From NCBI GenBank assembly GCA_964016885.1, contig OZ024742.1, positions 153,946,001 to 154,010,000 of the forward strand: a stretch of DNA of 64,000 bases, in the 5' to 3' direction. Numbering within the stretch: the first letter of the stretch is position 1; each line of letters begins with the position of its first letter. Of the stretch, positions 57,170-64,000 are shown piece after piece. Source of the stretch: Eledone cirrhosa. Its lineage: Eukaryota. Position numbers and translations under genes: made by a program. The notes under the pieces were generated by a model that was not told where the DNA came from, did no database searches, and worked only from the letters and a program-made list of their open reading frames with translations.

Positions 57170-57750
57170 GGAAAAAATGAAACGAAATTTCATTTGCCAC
57201 TCTTAGTACGGCTGTTACTTAAATATAAGTATGTATACGCACATACATATATGTATACAGACGTACAGTAATATGTATATATATATATATATATATATAC
57301 ATACATGCACACATATATATATGTACGTATGGATTCACCGAACATTTATTATAATGCTCGGTGTGTTTGTAAACAAACATCCCGAATTAAGCCGTACTGT
57401 GTCTAGCAACCATCGTGGCTCATTTGTTCAACACTGACAAAGCAACGCTGTACTAGTTTCAAGCTTGTTGAATCCATAAGTACATATATATATATGTGCA
57501 TGTATGTATATATATATATATATACATATTACTGTACGTCTGTATAAAGATATGTATGTAGGTATAAATACTTATATTTAAGTAACAGCCGTACTGTGAG
57601 AAATGAAATTTCGTTTCAATTTTTCCGTTTATCGTTTTCGGTGCGCCCGGCCGATTAACTCACTCGAAATGAAAGTTAAGCTGCTTAGCCGTTAATGTGC
57701 ATAAGGAAAGTATATACTTTCATACGATAAATATTCTGGCAGAAAGGTAT

Positions 57751-57793
57751 ACGTTGCTGACGATAGCTAATAAGCTTGAAACTAGTACAGCGT
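57751..57793 (+). ncRNA. Minimal type I hammerhead motif, array unit 1
   Basis: ACGTTG-CTGACGA-tAGCT-aata-AGCTt-GAAA-CTAG-TA-CAGCGT. Confidence 0.8.
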
Positions 57794-58182
57794 TCCTTTG
57801 TCAGTGTTGAACAAATGAGCAACGATGGTTGCTAGACACTATACGGCTCAATTCCTGATGTTTGTTCACAAACACACCGAGCATTATAATAAATGTTCGG
57901 TGAATCCATACGTACATATATATATATGTGTGCATGTATGTATATATATATACATATTACTGTACGTCTGTATACATATATGTACGTACGTATACATACT
58001 TATATTTAGGTAACAGCCGTACTAACAGTGAGAAATGAAATTTCGCTTCATTTTTTCCATTTATAGTTTTCGGTGCGCCCGGCCGATTAACTCACGCGAT
58101 ATGCAAATTAGGCTGCTCAGGTGTTAATGTGCATAAGGAAAGTATATACTTTTAGACGTTCAATCAGCTGTCTGGAAGGTAC

Positions 58183-58225
58183 ACGTTGCTGACGATAGCT
58201 AATAAGTTTGAAACTATTACAGCGT
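58183..58225 (+). ncRNA. Hammerhead motif, array unit 2 (stem III CTAT)
   Basis: Core intact; substitutions in stems II and III. Confidence 0.6.
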
Positions 58226-58366
58226 TCCTTTGTCAGTGTTGAACAAAAGAGCAACGATGGTTGCTAGACACTGTACGGCTCAATTCGGGATGTGTGTTTA
58301 CAACCACACCGAGCATTATAATAAATATTCGGTGAATCCATACGTACATATATATATGTGTCCATG

Positions 58367-58402
<36 letters not shown>

Positions 58403-58628
58403 CTACTGTACATCTGTATACATATATGTATGTACGTATACATACTTATATTTAAGTAACAGCTGTACTAAGTGTGAGAAATGAAATATCGTTTCTTTTT
58501 TTCCGTTTATCGTTTTCGGTGTGCCCGGCCAATTAACTCATGCGATATGCAAATTAGGCTGCTCAGCCGTTAATGTGCATAAGGAAAGTATATACTTTCA
58601 GACGTTCAAGCATCTGGCAGGAAGGTAT

Positions 58629-58671
58629 ACGTTGCTGACGATAGCTAATAAACTTGAAAGTAGTACAGCGT
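58629..58671 (+). ncRNA. Hammerhead motif, array unit 3 (stem III GTAG)
   Basis: Core intact; substitutions in stems II and III. Confidence 0.55.
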
Positions 58672-59059
58672 TCCTTTGTCAGTGTTGAACAAGTGAGCAA
58701 CGATGGTTGCTAGACCATGTACGGCTTAATTCGGGATGTTTGTTTACAAACACACCGAGCATTATAATAAATGTTCGGTGAATCCATACGTACATATATA
58801 TATGTGTGCATGTATGTATATATATATATACATACTAATGTACATCTGTATACATATATATATGTACGTATACATACTTATATTTAAGTAACAGCCGCAC
58901 TAGGAGTGAGAAATGAAATTTCGTTTCATTTTTACGGTTAATCGTTTTCGATGCGCTCCGCCAATTAACTCACTGGATATGCAAGTTAGGCTGCTCAGCC
59001 GATAATGTGGATATGAAAGTATAAACTTTCAGACGTTCAATCATCTGGCCTGAAGGTAT

Positions 59060-59102
59060 ATGTTGCTGACGATAGCTAACAGGCTTGAAACTAGTACAGC
59101 GT
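59060..59102 (+). ncRNA. Hammerhead motif, array unit 4
   Basis: ATGTTG-CTGACGA-TAGCTAACAGGCTT-GAAA-CTAG-TA-CAGCGT; changes retain G-U pairing. Confidence 0.75.
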
Positions 59103-59497
59103 TCCTTTGTCAGTGTTGAACAAAAGAGCAACGATGGTTGCTAGACACTGTACAGCTTAATTGGGAATGTTTGTTTACAAACACACCGAGCATTATAATA
59201 AATGTTCGGTGAATCCATACGTACATATATATATATATATGTGTGCATGTATGTATATATATATATACATACTACTGTACGTCTGTATACATATATGTAC
59301 GTACGTATACATACTTATATTTAGGAAACAGCCGTACTAACAGTGAGAAATGAAATTTCGTTGCATTTTTTCCGTTTATCGTTTTCGGTGCGCCCGGTCG
59401 AATAACTCACTCGATATGCATATTAGGCTGCTCAGCCGTTAATGTGCATAAGGAAAGTATATACTTTCAGACGTTCAATCATCTGGCAGGAAGGTAT

Positions 59498-59540
59498 ACG
59501 TTGCTGACGATAGCTAATAAGCTTGAAACTAGTACAGCGT
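59498..59540 (+). ncRNA. Hammerhead motif, array unit 5
   Basis: Identical to the unit 1 motif. Confidence 0.8.
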
Positions 59541-59678
59541 TCCTTTGTCAGTGTTGAACAAATGAGCAACGATGGTTGCTAGACAATGTACGGCTTAATT
59601 CGGGATGTTTGTTTACAAACACACCGAGCATTATAATAAATATTCGGTGAATCCATACGTAAATATATATATATATAT

Positions 59679-59737
<59 letters not shown>

Positions 59738-59988
59738 CATGTATGTATATATATATAAATACTACTGTACGTCTGTATACATATATGTACGTACGTATAC
59801 ATACTTATATTTAGGAAACAGCCGTACTAACAGTGAGAAATGAAATTTCGTTTCATTTTTACAGTTTATCGTTTTTGGTGCGCCCGGCCGATTAACTCAC
59901 TCGATATGCAAATTAGGCTGCCCCAGCCGTTAATGTGGATAAGTAAAGTATAAACTTTCAGACGTTCAATCATCTGGCATGAAGGTAT

Positions 59989-60031
59989 ACGATGCTGGCG
60001 ATAGCTAACAAGCTTGAAACTAGTACAGCGT
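59989..60031 (+). ncRNA. Hammerhead motif, array unit 6, core mutated (CTGGCGA), probably inactive
   Basis: A6-to-G change in the core and a stem I mismatch. Confidence 0.5.
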
Positions 60032-60235
60032 TCCTTTGTCAGTGTTGAATAAAAGAGCAATGATGGTTGCTAGACACTGTACGGCTTAATTCTGGATGTT
60101 TGTTTACAAACACACCGAGCATTATAATAAATGTTCGGTGAATCCATACGTACATATATATATGTGTGCATGTATGTATATATATATACATACTACTGTA
60201 CGTCTGTTTACATATATGTATGTTCGTATACATAC

Positions 60236-60266
<31 letters not shown>

Positions 60267-60307
60267 CGATATTAACAAATGGAAACTATATTTATAAAAC
60301 CATATTT

Positions 60308-60370
60308 ATTTCATTATACATATTTCAAGCACACCAAGTTAAATTATGGTGTGCTTTCATCAGATAAAAT
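60308..60370 (-). ncRNA. Minimal hammerhead motif with perfect 10-bp stem II, within repeat 60265-60745
   Basis: ATTTTAT-CTGATGA-AAGCACACCA-taatttaact-TGGTGTGCTT-GAAA-TATGTA-TA-ATGAAAT. Confidence 0.8.
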
Positions 60371-60742
60371 ATAATATAGAGCAGTTTTATAAATAAATAT
60401 TGACATACCCTTAAAGAATGCAATCATTACTGCTGGAAGCTCCCGGATAGTGGGGTTATAACATTATTTATACTATTATGTAAATTAGTATTGGATATTT
60501 TAAAATAAGCCGTTGGGTTACGGAGAAAGGGCGAGAGAGAGAAGAACAATAGAGAGAAAAAAAAATAATAGAAAGAAAAGAGAAAGAGAAAAAAAGCGAA
60601 AGCTCGAAGTGATAGTTTGTTGAGTTATTGTAAGATTTGAGATGAAGTGAAAATCGTACTTTTACTCCAATTAATTGTTGAGTGCTTTATATTAGTATAC
60701 AAACATTTGCTTGCTGTATCCCAACAATTTAAATAGAACTTT

Positions 60743-61160
<418 letters not shown>

Positions 61161-61455
61161 AAGGTAAAGGGAAAAATGAAAGCAAACGACACAGTACAAT
61201 AAATAAATATATTATTAAATTTACGCTTGATACAGTATGAAAAGTGTCTCAGAGTCTCAGACGCTATTCTTTAATCAGAAAATAGAATGATACATTAAAG
61301 AAGCCATAGGAAGATATCGGAAACTATGCAGTGGAAGAAACGAAGACATGTTTTCGATAAAAAAAACACGTCTATTCACGTCGCTGTCTCTTGGAATACT
61401 GTTGATGCTGGTGTTGTGTAAGTCGATCGTGTTTTAAAACACGTTGATTGAACGC

Positions 61456-61521
<66 letters not shown>

Positions 61522-61576
61522 TTCTCTCTCTCTTCTGTCCCTCTCTCTTTTTGTGTGTATATATATATATATATAA

Positions 61577-61611
<35 letters not shown>

Positions 61612-62100
61612 TTTTGAGATGCGCAAAATAGTATCTAAAATGCAAGCGTAACTGTAACCGTATAGGATTAAGAACTATCCATAAACTATCCGTTTAAACT
61701 CATGAAGAAAGGACAACATATACGAAGGATCGTAATTTAAAACTTATGTTGTATCAAGCTAATATTATTTAATAGTTGTATGGAACTGTTCATGTCTTTC
61801 TTGATGTCATTTACAAAGATCCTGCCAACTCGAATGTTATGATAGCAACGAACATTGGAAAGCATGCTTTAGCTACTTGGCGTAAGTCCAGAATATTACC
61901 TGGATATATTGAATGGATAGCCCTGGCAATCTAGCAGTTTTAAAACGGTTAAAATACATTTACTGCATAACGAACGTTATATTTTGAATCTTGAACTTAT
62001 ACGCAGTGAATATCTATATATATATTAATATATATATGTATATATATATATATATATTTCGTTTCTGAATTTGTTTAGCAACATGACCCTCCCAAAGTAT

Positions 62101-62163
<63 letters not shown>

Positions 62164-62929
62164 CATATATACATTTTTCAGTTGTCTATTTACTATGTAA
62201 ATTATTAAATAATCGTTAATATTTAATAGTATGTGAGAAGAGTATATTAGCTTTAAAATAAACAAATATTTACGTGTTTCGAAATATTATTTCAGAGGTT
62301 AAAATGTGGGGGTAATTTAATGCGTTGAACCAGCGTTAAATTTACAAAATATACTACTAATTATCTAGATGTTATTGCTAAGCAGCTATATTTGAATTAA
62401 TATATATTAATAATCTACACTTATTTAAGGTATATTTTCTATATGGCCAAGACATAAAACCGTGTGATATATTTCAGAAAATTAATACATTGTTATGTCT
62501 ATTATTTATTTAGTTCAAATCAGGATTTGTAAGAGAGGCTGCTTGGCTTCGGATACGACGAGATGGTGGTACAACCGTAAACGGCTAAGCTACAATGTGT
62601 GGAATCATTCAGTGCGTGGAGATTGAAAGAGCCAGTGAGTGTTGTGGAAGAGGGCGCCAGATATACAATTACACATTGGACGTGAATACGGGAGTGCGTG
62701 TCCGTGTTGTGTGCAGGCATGTGCACTTACGTCTGCATGAATCAGAAAGTGTGGTATTTACGTTTATGTGTGGGCGAAATAGATATGCGTTGGGTGGTAT
62801 ATGCGGATGTTGTAAATGTAGGTGTGTATTGTGTGGTGGATGGAGGTGTGTGTGTGTGTGTGCGTGTGTGTGTGTGCGTCGGTGTGTGTGTGTGTGTGTG
62901 TGTGTGTGTGATTGTGAGTGCAAGAGTAA

Positions 62930-64000
62930 TAAGAGTTTAAGGGTAATAAGGGGGATTAAGTCCATTCGGTAAAGTGGTTCCACGGCTTAAAATGAAGTTC
63001 TTTTCACTTCCGGTGCGAGTGACTGTGGATCCGTGGTATAGAACGAAACTTGAGACAGTGAAGTGCAAACAGATTGGTTGATGGAACTTAAGTGACGAGC
63101 AACAGCAATGTCTTTACCTAGTCGTATGTCCCTTAGTTGTTTGGTGAATCTGTCTGCCAGAGGGTGGCCTGTCTGTCTGATGTAAATGGAAACTCAAAGG
63201 GAAAATCGGATGAAGTAAACGACGTTGGTGAAGGACTCATGAATGAGAAATGAACGGTTTGTAGCTGTGAGAGTGGGAGGCTCCTTATGTAGGGTCAGAT
63301 GCTACAGCAGTGGCTAGAACAGGGACGAGATCAAAGAAGGGTTAGCAGGGAGGGGGATGATGAACTATGCACAAGAAGTTCACGGAGATTACGAGTGCGC
63401 TTAAAGGCAGTAATGGATGGACTAGGGAAAAAGCGAGAAGTGACAGTGTCATTGACAAGGTTTCGGAAACAATGAAGGCTGCAGCGACATAGTCCTAAGG
63501 TAGACGGGTCTTGGGTCAGGGGGAAAGGAAGGCGGACGTTGTTGCGGAGTAGGGCTGATGCTGTGGTGTGGTCAGTATCACGGGCGTGGGTAAGGACAAC
63601 TTGAATCATGGTGGTAGTACATCTATGCTGAATGAATCGAAAAGCCCTGCTTTCCGACTTGACCTCGAAATAATGTTCCTGGCTGCAGAGTCGACGAAGA
63701 CGGAGGAATTAGGCGTAGGGTATAGAGAGTTCGGTGTGGGTGGGCGAGGAAGTGAAGTAGAGGTGTATGTGGGTTTGCAGGAGATGAAAGTAGAGAGGGT
63801 GTGGTGTGTGTGTGATGGATAGTCAGAGAGGTGTCGAGAAATTGGACAGAAGAATCAGAGACGGAGGAAAAGGCTGGAGGAATGAAATAAAACATAGGAA
63901 ATGTTCACGTGGGAGAAAGGTGGCACCGATACAATTGTCAATATAACGATCAAATAGCTAAGGGCTAGGTCCAGTGTACTGGGAGAAGATCTGTGTTTCG
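62930..64000 (-). mobile_element. Penelope-like element remnant (RT and GIY-YIG), runs off the window edge
   Basis: Hand translation: DRYIDNCIG (RT YxDD-like), VQFLDTSLTI, TAFKRTRNLRELLVHS, NVVYFI...IYIRQTG..LADRF...VARHL, NGLN. Confidence 0.75.

Larger units (their letters stand above)
57168..60240 (+). mobile_element. Retrozyme-like tandem array: six ~430-490-bp units, each with a hammerhead, preceded by an inverted partial unit
   Basis: Hammerhead motifs start at 57751, 58183, 58629, 59060, 59498, 59989; 57168-57468 is the reverse complement of the unit's distal part. Confidence 0.82.

Overview
AT-rich eukaryotic intergenic or intronic DNA, dense in (TA)n microsatellites. The SINE sequences suggest an octopod cephalopod (inference). 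No intact host gene is supported. The window is a graveyard of transposons: a near-full RTE LINE, an L1/Tx1-type LINE, a full-length Ty3/Gypsy element with both LTRs and a 5-bp TSD, R4/Dong and CRE endonuclease fragments, several Penelope-like (GIY-YIG) remnants, a mariner remnant, a probable non-autonomous Helitron and many tRNA-derived SINEs. The strongest unexplained signal is RNA-structural. At least seven unrelated, mostly non-coding repeat families carry type I hammerhead ribozyme motifs (CUGANGA...GAAA...UH with pairing stems), about 20 copies in total. Two of them form head-to-tail arrays with one ribozyme per unit (~430-490 bp at 57.2-60.2 kb; ~482 bp at 54.5-55.8 kb), the architecture expected of retrozyme-like elements that release unit-length, possibly circular, RNAs. 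Most of these elements sit in (TA)n tracts and have an inverted terminal copy, and several fold-back points fall within the ribozyme itself. All folds were read by eye; no activity or database evidence is available.
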